Notes under the pieces: model-generated | What the model was told of the DNA's origin: nothing | The model's database searches: none | Seen by the model: the letters and a program-made list of their open reading frames with translations, nothing else | Position numbers and translations under genes: made by a program | From: a virus | Taxonomy: Duplodnaviria > Caudoviricetes | DNA length: 24,379 nt | Virus record (IMG/VR): IMGVR_UViG_3300005512_000321 | Location: 1-24,379 of that record | Direction: 5' to 3' (one strand) | Shown here: positions 17,181-24,379 of the stretch, piece after piece | Layout: each line of letters starts with the position of its first letter | Numbering within the stretch: position 1 is the first letter of the stretch

Positions 17181-17468
17181 TTACCATTTTGTGACATTAC
17201 TCCAGTAAGCCGCCGACATCTTGCCTTTGGCAATGTTTTTTGCATGCCGAGCCTTAAAAGACTCCCGTCGCTTGCGGTAAGACGACGATTCACCTTGTTT
17301 CTTAGGTGAACCTGATACGCCTTGCTGCCCAAAGCGGATTGTCTTTACCTTATCACCCTCTTTCGCCACTACAACATGCGATTTTTTAGGGTGGCTAGGC
17401 GTGCGCTTCGGCTTATTATAGCCTGAAACACCGGCCCTAGCGAGCCGGGGGTCTTTTTTAGACGGCAT
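17181..17468 (-). CDS. Small basic protein (95 aa)
   Basis: AGGAG RBS. KKSHVVVAKEGDKVKTIRFGQQG...RRESFKARH...SAAYWS...W is a motif pattern I recall from small viral basic proteins of unknown function. Confidence 0.8.
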   Translation of the reverse strand: MPSKKDPRLARAGVSGYNKPKRTPSHPKKSHVVVAKEGDKVKTIRFGQQGVSGSPKKQGESSSYRKRRESFKARHAKNIAKGKMSAAYWSNVTKW

Positions 17469-17480
17469 TTGTCACTTCTC

Positions 17481-18449
17481 CTACAAAATGTCTCCACGGA
17501 GACGCTTCAATGTGGCTTCGGGGAGAGCATTGAACTCGTCTTCCGTCATATTACTGATGTCCATCAGCTTCTCGCCACGGTTTGCAGAGCTTTCGCCGGG
17601 TAATTCGGGCGGTTGTGACTCTGCTGCTTTGATCTTGCGGCTTACTTCTGCTCGTTTTTTAGCCAATTCGTCCACCGGTCGCTTGTTAGTGTCTGATAAA
17701 GACGGTTTAGTGGGCTCTGGTGCTTCCAGCCCGTACTCACGGATAACGAATTTAGCTGCTTTCGATAGCGCCGCTACTGCATTGTCACCTTTTACAATGA
17801 ACGCGTCACGTAAATCGATAACTTCCTGCGTGTACTCTGCATTGTATTCCGCTGAATTTGCATCAAACACTGGGAAATTAGCCTCTAGATCAGATGCTGC
17901 CTGCTGTAGAGCGGTCGCTTGCTGACTCTGCGTGACCTGCTGGGTCATTTTCTGAGTCATTTCGTACTCAAGTTGGGCACGCTCCGCCGCACGGATCTCT
18001 GCACGAAGGGCTGCCGCCTTCTTAGACTCGCCGTCCAACAGCAGATTCTGGTACTCGATCTCTTTTTCGGCGAAATCATAGCTAGAAGGCGCTTCAGCTT
18101 CTGCCTGTTTGGTCGCCATCAGATCGTCTAGCTGCTTCTGCAGGGCTTTCTGCTTGGCTAACACTTCATCAAGGCGTGATTTCGGCACCATCGGCTTCTT
18201 GGCGTCGGGCTCTGGCTCTTCTTCTAGCTCTTCAAGCTCCGCTTCGGGCTCTTCAAGCTCTGCCTCGGGTTCTTCCTGAACTTCGGCAACGGGCTCCTCC
18301 TCGTCAATCTCTGCGACTGGCTCCTCTTCTTCGATCTCTGCCACTGGCTCTTCACCAAGGCCGAAGTTCATATCAAGACCTTCGGCTTCTTCTAGACGGT
18401 CGGCACCGGGCATAGTGTCGAATTCGACTGATTTTTTGTCATCTGACAT
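17481..18449 (-). CDS. Probable capsid scaffolding protein (322 aa, highly acidic)
   Basis: Lies between portal and capsid. Acidic low-complexity N-terminus, MVPKSRLDEV motif then coiled coil, and C-terminal DISNMTEDEFNALPEATLKRLRGD; AGGAG RBS. Confidence 0.8.
   Translation of the reverse strand: MSDDKKSVEFDTMPGADRLEEAEGLDMNFGLGEEPVAEIEEEEPVAEIDEEEPVAEVQEEPEAELEEPEAELEELEEEPEPDAKKPMVPKSRLDEVLAKQKALQKQLDDLMATKQAEAEAPSSYDFAEKEIEYQNLLLDGESKKAAALRAEIRAAERAQLEYEMTQKMTQQVTQSQQATALQQAASDLEANFPVFDANSAEYNAEYTQEVIDLRDAFIVKGDNAVAALSKAAKFVIREYGLEAPEPTKPSLSDTNKRPVDELAKKRAEVSRKIKAAESQPPELPGESSANRGEKLMDISNMTEDEFNALPEATLKRLRGDIL
18228..18353 (-). repeat. In-frame tandem repeats in the scaffold (EEPVAE[I/V]xx x3, EEPEAEL x2)
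   Basis: Imperfect 27-nt and 21-nt units are visible in both DNA and protein. Confidence 0.8.
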
Positions 18450-18458
18450 ATCAAACTC

Positions 18459-20609
18459 CTATTGGTTTCCTATAGGTCGCATATTCGGAATATTGACCTG
18501 CTGTGGCCGCTGTTGTTTGGCAGCGGTCTGCATTGCTGTAGCAGCAATCCTTGTAGCCGCTTGCGTCTCAGCTTGAGACGAGCGGGTTCTGTTTGTCAGA
18601 TCTGCAAGCTCTCTACGCAGCTGCAGCTCCTGCTCTTTCATTGACAGCTTGCTCTGAAGCTCTGCCATACGCATCTGTGGGTTGACCTCGGATACGTCTT
18701 GTACTTTCGCAATGTTAACAGCTGCTTCGGACTGCAGTTTACGTACCTCAGCTTCTAGCTTGGCAATTTCAAGCTGTACTTGCTGCATAGCAAACTGCTG
18801 CTGAATGGCCGCTGCTTCCATCTGCTCTGGCGACTGCTCTACGCCCGTCATCATACGTATGCGTTTGGCCAGCTCGCCCTTACGTGCCAAGTGCGAGTAC
18901 TCGATAATAGCATCATCAGGAATGGCCACGCCAACCTGACGAAGGTTAAGTGCCTCTGCAAACTGCACTTCGTCGAACGAATCACGAGCTGGTGCGGTGC
19001 TGACTACTACATCGTATTCGCCCAACGTTAAGTCGTTGATAATACGGCCTTCTGGCGTCATTTGGTTGATTACCATCTGCTCTCTTGGACGCAGGGGGTC
19101 TTCCTCGTTCGTAACCTGAATGATGCGCTGCTCGGTGTAGAAGGTCTGGATGAGATTGAGGATCTTCTCGGCCAAGTACTGGCGAGACTTACGCAAGTTA
19201 TCAAGTGGCACCTGAATCATGATAGCGCCACGATTCTGCTTGGCTTGAATAGCGATACCCGATACTTCAGCGCTGTCGGTGCCAAGCATCGAGTCGTTGA
19301 TGCCACTGATCGCTTTGATGTTTAGCGCCGCTTTCTGACTGATGCGGTCGAGCCCTGTTGGGATCTGGTTAGGCTGGATCTTAGCCGGTGGGTTAGAGCC
19401 ACGGTTATATTCAAGCACCAGACCGGTCTCTGCACCGTGCTCTTCTAGGTCGTCGGCTGACATGCCAACCAGCGAACCGCTTTCAACCATCCAGCCGCTG
19501 TTAGCGGTGGTGTTAACAATGTGCAGCTCTTGGCTTGCGATCTTGTTGAGCTGCTCTTGCGGGGACAACAAGTTACGCACCATACCGAATGGTCGGCCAC
19601 GGCGGAAGTAAGCGAAATAAGGCACGATGGTAAAGTTAGCGTACGGAGACCAATCGTCGTGCAGCACGATCTTGTCACATGTAACTGTCCAGCGAACTTT
19701 ACGCTTGACCTTGCTAATGATGCTCAGCCCGTACTGCTTAGCGAACTTTTTAGCCTTACTTTCTGACCATGCTTCTGGGATATCTCGCTGGTCACCAGTG
19801 TCTGGGTCAACGAAGCAATCTACGCGGTGCATGCGTTTGTGCTGACGCTCGATGACTCGCAGTGCTTTGACGTTACGGTACTCGTCGTCGCCGGGTATGC
19901 CAGCGCCTAAGTAATCGTCCGTAGACTCTAGGTCACCGAACCGGTTCTCTTCGTATTCGATTGAGTCGCGCCCGAAGCTGTTACCGTTCTCTGCGATGAA
20001 TCGTAGCTCTTCGGCCTTCTTCTTACCGTACAGCTCTTCGATCTCGTCCAGTGTCATCCACTTGGTTTCGAAGATCTCGTTCCAAGTCTTGGGGTCGCTC
20101 TCTTTTGCGTCTGGGTCGATAAGGATGTCTAGCGGGTCTTTGGATGTAATGCGGATCTCACCTTCGACGTGATCGCTGAAGTCCATGCGCACATCAAAGT
20201 ACCCACGACCGTCCATGATCAAGCCGTCGCTGAAGACCTGCTGCTCAACCCAGTCAAGTTTGTTGTTGTCTGCAATCTGCATGTACAGCTTAGTGAGCGT
20301 CTGCGCCACTTCTGCGTCGCCACCACGGCGGGGCTTAAACTGTATGTCTGCACGGCGAGTGGACTGTTCGCCTAGGACAGTGTTCACTGTCGGAAGAATG
20401 GTGTTGATGGTCAGTGCTGGGCGACCTTCGGCCTCTAGCGCTGCTGCATCGGCCTCGTCCCACTGCTCGCCTCGGTAGTACGCGTCACACTTTTTAGCAA
20501 GCTCTATGTATTCTAAGTGGCCGTTGTCTCGGGCTCTTACATAGCGATCCCACTGACGCGATGCTACTTCTTGTTGTTCGGCAGGTGTGAGCCGAGATGT
20601 CTTTTTCAT
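18459..20609 (-). CDS. Portal protein, P22-like (716 aa)
   Basis: YYRGEQW...GRPALTINTILPTVNTVLGEQ, FGMVRNLLSPQEQLNK, ISGINDSMLG...SGIAIQAKQ and NDLTLGEYDVVVSTAP motifs; C-terminal coiled-coil barrel; follows the terminase. Confidence 0.93.
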   Translation of the reverse strand: MKKTSRLTPAEQQEVASRQWDRYVRARDNGHLEYIELAKKCDAYYRGEQWDEADAAALEAEGRPALTINTILPTVNTVLGEQSTRRADIQFKPRRGGDAEVAQTLTKLYMQIADNNKLDWVEQQVFSDGLIMDGRGYFDVRMDFSDHVEGEIRITSKDPLDILIDPDAKESDPKTWNEIFETKWMTLDEIEELYGKKKAEELRFIAENGNSFGRDSIEYEENRFGDLESTDDYLGAGIPGDDEYRNVKALRVIERQHKRMHRVDCFVDPDTGDQRDIPEAWSESKAKKFAKQYGLSIISKVKRKVRWTVTCDKIVLHDDWSPYANFTIVPYFAYFRRGRPFGMVRNLLSPQEQLNKIASQELHIVNTTANSGWMVESGSLVGMSADDLEEHGAETGLVLEYNRGSNPPAKIQPNQIPTGLDRISQKAALNIKAISGINDSMLGTDSAEVSGIAIQAKQNRGAIMIQVPLDNLRKSRQYLAEKILNLIQTFYTEQRIIQVTNEEDPLRPREQMVINQMTPEGRIINDLTLGEYDVVVSTAPARDSFDEVQFAEALNLRQVGVAIPDDAIIEYSHLARKGELAKRIRMMTGVEQSPEQMEAAAIQQQFAMQQVQLEIAKLEAEVRKLQSEAAVNIAKVQDVSEVNPQMRMAELQSKLSMKEQELQLRRELADLTNRTRSSQAETQAATRIAATAMQTAAKQQRPQQVNIPNMRPIGNQ

Positions 20610-20611
20610 AT

Positions 20612-22267
20612 CTATGCACTCATTGGTGATTTAGTACGCGGTTCTTTTAGCATATACTCAAGCCTGTCCCTCCAAGATGATTCGCGGACAACGGGCGCTT
20701 GAAATGTAGCGAACTCCGTCATCATAAGACCTAGCCACGCCAACGCATCAACTTGGTCATCGTGTACACCATTGGGGAATCGTAACATCTCTGCCACTAA
20801 GGGGCCAGTAAACATCTCGTTCCTCGGGAAATACACCATGCCCTGCTGCATGCGCCCTTGGATAGCGCGTGCTCGAGCCTCTTTATCTCTACGTCCTGTC
20901 TTCAAGTCCTTGAAGTAGGCTTCGTATAGCCCCCGCTCCCTAACACGTTTCTCTAGGAACGGACCAAGGGCCATCTCTATGTGCCCTTTTTCGATGCCAA
21001 TTATCGACGGTCTCCATACCTCGTACAAGTCCAGAATCTGCTCTACCAGCTCGAAGCCGTCAAAGCGCCCTCTGATCACATCCATGACGAATATCCTATC
21101 GTACTCGTCCACGCCCACGACCATCCCCACGGAATAGTCGTTCCTGTCCTTTTTACCGATGGCCAAGTCCCACGCACAGTAGTAGCGCATACGGTCAACG
21201 TCCACTTCATCGGGGTCGAAGTACCTGATCATGTCTCGGCTGAAGTAGTCACCGTCATCGGCAACCGGATTCTGTTGGTACAACGCTGACCAGTCTCGGG
21301 GGCCAACGGCTTTACGTATACGGTCAAGCGCCTCTTCGTCGTAGCGCTCTTTGTGCAGGGCCTCGCCAGCTGCACGGAACTCTTCGTCTTCTTCAGCTAT
21401 CGCCGGATAACTGACCACTTCCCACTGATCACCGCCCTCGCCACCGGCCTTCAACAGACGACCGGCTAGATCGTCGTCGTGCCAACGGGTAAGGATCACC
21501 AGCACACCGCCACCGGGCGCTAGTCGGGTGTACGCGGTTGACGTGTACCAGTCCCAGTTACTATCTCGATTGTTTTGGCTTTCAGCATCGTCACGGTTTT
21601 TGACAGGATCGTCGATAACCAGAATATGGGCACCTTTACCAGTGATACCACCCCCAACACCTGCAGCAACGTACCCACCGCCAGCAGTCGTAAGCCACGC
21701 TTCAGCTGACTGGGAGTCAGGGTCCAAGCGCGTGCTAAAGGCTGTTTTATAAGTCGGTTCGCGCAGTAGTTGGCGTACCTTTCGAGAGAAGCCCATCGCA
21801 AGCGAGCCTGAATACGAACAACTGATAAATTCATGGTCTGGATTTCTACCCAGATGCCAAGCTGGGAACGCAATCGACGCCAACGTGGATTTTCCGTGAC
21901 GAGGCGGCATAAATAGCATAAGCCTTGGCGACTTTTTCTCCACAACGTCGCGGCTAAACTTCTCAAGCCGCCGACAAATGTCTTTGTGTACCCAACCAGC
22001 GTTGTAGTCAGGGTTGAACCGCTCAACGAACGGTAGTAGTCGCTTGCGCGTAAGGAATCTAAGCGCGAGTTCTGCTTTTGCTTTTTCTTCAACAGATAGC
22101 TCCTCTGGTTCGGCCCCATCCTGCTCAACTGAAGCAGGTTGGGGTAGCGCTTCGACGTCGTCTGCTTTGCAGTACACACACAACCCCCCGATCTCGTCGG
22201 AGTACAGCGTTTCTGGGTGCATGTTTTTGCACCTTTTACACCGTCTTTTGGGGATGTCATCGGCCAA
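20612..22267 (-). CDS. terL: Terminase large subunit (551 aa)
   Basis: Walker A MPPRHGKS, Walker B ILVIDDP, coupling motif ILTRWHDDD, and RNase H-like nuclease motifs AWDLA and HDDQVDA; TTG start with GAGG RBS. Confidence 0.96.
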   Translation of the reverse strand: MADDIPKRRCKRCKNMHPETLYSDEIGGLCVYCKADDVEALPQPASVEQDGAEPEELSVEEKAKAELALRFLTRKRLLPFVERFNPDYNAGWVHKDICRRLEKFSRDVVEKKSPRLMLFMPPRHGKSTLASIAFPAWHLGRNPDHEFISCSYSGSLAMGFSRKVRQLLREPTYKTAFSTRLDPDSQSAEAWLTTAGGGYVAAGVGGGITGKGAHILVIDDPVKNRDDAESQNNRDSNWDWYTSTAYTRLAPGGGVLVILTRWHDDDLAGRLLKAGGEGGDQWEVVSYPAIAEEDEEFRAAGEALHKERYDEEALDRIRKAVGPRDWSALYQQNPVADDGDYFSRDMIRYFDPDEVDVDRMRYYCAWDLAIGKKDRNDYSVGMVVGVDEYDRIFVMDVIRGRFDGFELVEQILDLYEVWRPSIIGIEKGHIEMALGPFLEKRVRERGLYEAYFKDLKTGRRDKEARARAIQGRMQQGMVYFPRNEMFTGPLVAEMLRFPNGVHDDQVDALAWLGLMMTEFATFQAPVVRESSWRDRLEYMLKEPRTKSPMSA

Positions 22268-22286
22268 TTGTGGGCTACCTCAGCGG

Positions 22287-22784
22287 CTAGTTGCTATCTG
22301 GCTCTAAATAATCGCCAGTTTTACCTGCTATCTGCAGAAGCTCTTCATCGGTCATGCGTTCTAGCTGTTTTGCCGTCGCATTTAAGTTGATATTTATCTG
22401 TGTCGCGTTGTCAGGGGCAGTTAACCCGTGCAATTTGACCAGAGAATCAATCGTGTTCTTCATTTCGGTGGCAGTTGCCGACGCATTATACGCTTCCATG
22501 TACATCATGTGCGCATTTTGACGCTCAAACCGCACTTCTTCACGCATTTGCTCACGAAAATACTGCAACGCCTTCTGTACGGCGGGCCTTTTGGCTGCAT
22601 CTAACGCTGTAGCGTAGCTCGCGTACCCTGCTCCGCGACCAGCCGCAGCGATTGTCATGCCGCTGGCCATTAACATTACCAGTTTTTCTTGCTGAACCGT
22701 CAGTTCGTTGAGGTGCAAGCCCATATAGGGCATATGAGACTGGAACTCTGTATGCGAACTAACGAGACTAGTGGAGGGCTCCAT
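22287..22784 (-). CDS. terS: Probable terminase small subunit (about 165 aa)
   Basis: Immediately upstream of terL, with an HTH-like LTVQQEKLVMLMASGMTIAAAGRGAGY and C-terminal LERMTDEELLQIA. The start is uncertain; 22784 was chosen to limit overlap. Confidence 0.7.
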   Translation of the reverse strand: MEPSTSLVSSHTEFQSHMPYMGLHLNELTVQQEKLVMLMASGMTIAAAGRGAGYASYATALDAAKRPAVQKALQYFREQMREEVRFERQNAHMMYMEAYNASATATEMKNTIDSLVKLHGLTAPDNATQININLNATAKQLERMTDEELLQIAGKTGDYLEPDSN

Positions 22785-23046
22785 AGCTTTCTCGTCTTGC
22801 TCTTCTAAGCTCATCTTCTGCATTCTCATCCAGATACACAAAAACAGGTGCTTGGTCACCTAGCGCGTCTATTCCGATCTCGAATAGGTACTCGGCGACA
22901 TCCATTCCCTCGCCTATATAGCCGTCAATGATCTCTTGGGCTTTGTTAGCGTCATAGACCAGTACTTCTTTACCAGTTGTACGTAGTCCTGTGCCTATAA
23001 CAGCTTCATCAAGACCTTCAATAGCAATCATTTCTAGTAGACTCAT
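22768..23046 (-). CDS. Conserved phage hypothetical protein (92 aa, acidic)
   Basis: The pattern EGLDEAVIG...VLVYDANKAQEII...AEYL...GDQAPVFV recurs in phage proteins; lies directly downstream of a promoter. Confidence 0.75.
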   Translation of the reverse strand: MSLLEMIAIEGLDEAVIGTGLRTTGKEVLVYDANKAQEIIDGYIGEGMDVAEYLFEIGIDALGDQAPVFVYLDENAEDELRRARRESYGALH

Positions 23047-23052
23047 TTGCGA

Positions 23053-23081
23053 ATATTAGCTCACCTAATAGTTAATCACAA
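23053..23081 (-). promoter_or_regulatory. Sigma70-like promoter with TATTAG-N5-CTAATA dyad (packaging operon)
   Basis: Minus strand reads TTGTGA-17 bp-TAATAT; dyad at 23054-23070. Confidence 0.7.
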
Positions 23082-23093
23082 GGAGGATCGGTT

Positions 23094-23576
23094 TTAATCG
23101 CAAGAATGCCCGTGAATCGCCTTCACCCACCAGTAAAACATGTCCATTGTCAGTGTATGACGCATCGTGTTCACCCGGTCACATACCAGTTGTACGTTGC
23201 CGTGGATATATCCCAGTTCTGGGATGATACGGTCGATGGACGCGTTGAAATCTTTACGGCCTTTGCCGTCGCTGTGATGGGTCATGTGGACATTGGAAAT
23301 TGCACACCGACCGTCCTGCTTTTCCCATAACTCTATCAGGTATTCTTCGTTGATTTCAAAGATGACATCTGTCCCTTTCCGTGAAGAACGGGCCTTGCTA
23401 CATAACGCTGTCAGATAACCGTGGTACGTGGCCCCTGCCCGTTTTTGATGGGCAGCGGTAGAGCACCGTTTGCAGATGTTCTTGGTCTTGCCTTTACGGT
23501 ACTCGGGGAAGTCTGAGTTCGGCTTTTCAATTCCGCACCTTTTACAGACTTTTATAATATCCATGCGCGATATCAT
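23094..23576 (-). CDS. HNH-like (His-Me finger) endonuclease with N-terminal Zn ribbon (160 aa)
   Basis: CKRC...CKRC, then QDGRCAIS...ASIDRIIPELGYIHGNVQLVCDRVN. Confidence 0.75.
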   Translation of the reverse strand: MISRMDIIKVCKRCGIEKPNSDFPEYRKGKTKNICKRCSTAAHQKRAGATYHGYLTALCSKARSSRKGTDVIFEINEEYLIELWEKQDGRCAISNVHMTHHSDGKGRKDFNASIDRIIPELGYIHGNVQLVCDRVNTMRHTLTMDMFYWWVKAIHGHSCD

Positions 23577-23705
23577 AGCCGCGTTTTGTTAAAAATCAAC
23601 TACAAGAAAATTTTGTAAAATTTTTTTCATTTTTACTTTCTGATTCGCTCACACACTATCTCCCCCTTCCGCCAGCAGATACCCCCCAACCCCCGATTTC
23701 GGATT

Positions 23706-23742
23706 TGGAACCTTGTATCTGACATATGTTCTGGAACCTTGT
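23706..23742. repeat. 11-bp direct repeat TGGAACCTTGT x2 flanking the palindrome ACATATGT
   Basis: Copies at 23706-23716 and 23732-23742; palindrome at 23722-23729. Confidence 0.8.
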
Positions 23743-23833
23743 CCGGTGGTACCCCCTCCTCGTTCCTCGTCGGTTGTCGGTATTATTTGTAGGTTGGCAG
23801 TTGTTGCCAGCCATTAATATTGGAGAGAGTAAT

Positions 23834-24037
23834 ATGAATAAGCCTTATGTAGATGGAGTTAGTTTGGAAGATATTATTGAGGATGGATGGAGCAGGGGCT
23901 TCCCCCCTAGCCAGACTATTGAGGAGGCTAAGATGATGGGCTTTGACCTACCGTTGGAGCATCTCCTAGCTGAGTGGCAGAGGTATGATGACGCTATGGT
24001 TGCGGTTTTTATGTGGGACAGCGCGAACGACCTTTAA
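23834..24037 (+). CDS. Small acidic hypothetical protein (67 aa, MNKPYVDG...)
   Basis: GGAGAG RBS before the ATG at 23834. The longer track start at 23726 runs through the repeat region and lacks an RBS. Confidence 0.7.
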   Translation: MNKPYVDGVSLEDIIEDGWSRGFPPSQTIEEAKMMGFDLPLEHLLAEWQRYDDAMVAVFMWDSANDL

Positions 24038-24052
24038 TATAGGAGAACTATC

Positions 24053-24262
24053 ATGGACAACGTACTTATCATCTTGTTTTACACCGCTGGCATCTGCTTC
24101 GTATTCGGAGTAGGTGCTTTCATCTGCGATGTTATAGTGCCTATGTTAGTGGACACTAACAAAGGTCCACGGCCAATGGCCACTCGTCTGTCACCGGAGG
24201 AGCTTGAACGACGAACAGCGAACCGAGTAGCTCGCATTAGCAATACCCAACGTGACAACTGA
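24053..24262 (+). CDS. Small membrane protein (69 aa)
   Basis: AGGAG RBS; N-terminal hydrophobic segment VLIILFYTAGICFVFGVGAFICDVIVPMLV and a basic tail. Confidence 0.7.
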   Translation: MDNVLIILFYTAGICFVFGVGAFICDVIVPMLVDTNKGPRPMATRLSPEELERRTANRVARISNTQRDN

Positions 24263-24276
24263 TCGCTTTTATCTAT

Positions 24277-24326
24277 CAAATGTCCGTTAACAATCGCAAT
24301 TGTCCATCAATAGTGGCAAATGTCCG
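24277..24326. repeat. Three direct repeats CAA(A/T)TGTCC(G/A) with an exact 20-bp period
   Basis: Copies start at 24277, 24297 and 24317. Confidence 0.8.
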
Positions 24327-24379
24327 CTGTCCTCGGCCCACGGGCCTCGTCCGGCGTCCACGGGTGTGTGTCAGGAGTT

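Noticed and set aside
17105-17332. 75-aa track ORF in the basic cassette
   Set aside because: Overlaps the 95-aa gene and the better-supported 37-aa ORF, which has its own RBS.
21520-22260. 246-aa same-strand alternative-frame ORF inside terL
   Set aside because: Fully nested in a conserved gene, with no recognisable motifs and a composition typical of an off-frame translation. An overprinted gene cannot be strictly excluded without a conservation test.
97-22307. Numerous plus-strand ORFs of 60-170 aa opposite the structural genes
   Set aside because: Antisense shadows of long minus-strand genes with no recognisable protein motifs.
24079-24279. 66-aa minus-strand ORF
   Set aside because: Antisense to the 69-aa membrane protein gene, which has a clear RBS.

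Overview
A 24.4-kb segment of a tailed dsDNA phage with podovirus-type architecture and no host genes. Almost everything from 23576 down to the left edge is one minus-strand morphogenesis region. In order it holds: HNH-like endonuclease, small hypothetical, terminase small and large subunits, P22-like portal, acidic scaffold, five tiny Lys/Arg-rich proteins, N4-gp56/DUF4043-type major capsid protein, two adaptor-like proteins, four internal-virion/ejection proteins (largest 1795 aa), a peptidase M15 endolysin and two mosaic spike/fibre proteins (the last truncated). A repeat-rich non-coding gap at about 23580-23830 separates this from divergent plus-strand small ORFs. The three most notable features are: (1) the coupled cassette of five very basic microproteins between scaffold and capsid, including a 37-aa four-Cys protein missed by the ORF track; (2) a ~220-nt capsid mRNA leader built from repeated hairpin modules; (3) three sigma70-like promoters sharing the dyad ATTAG-N5-CTAAT. 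Family names come from motif recognition, not database searches.
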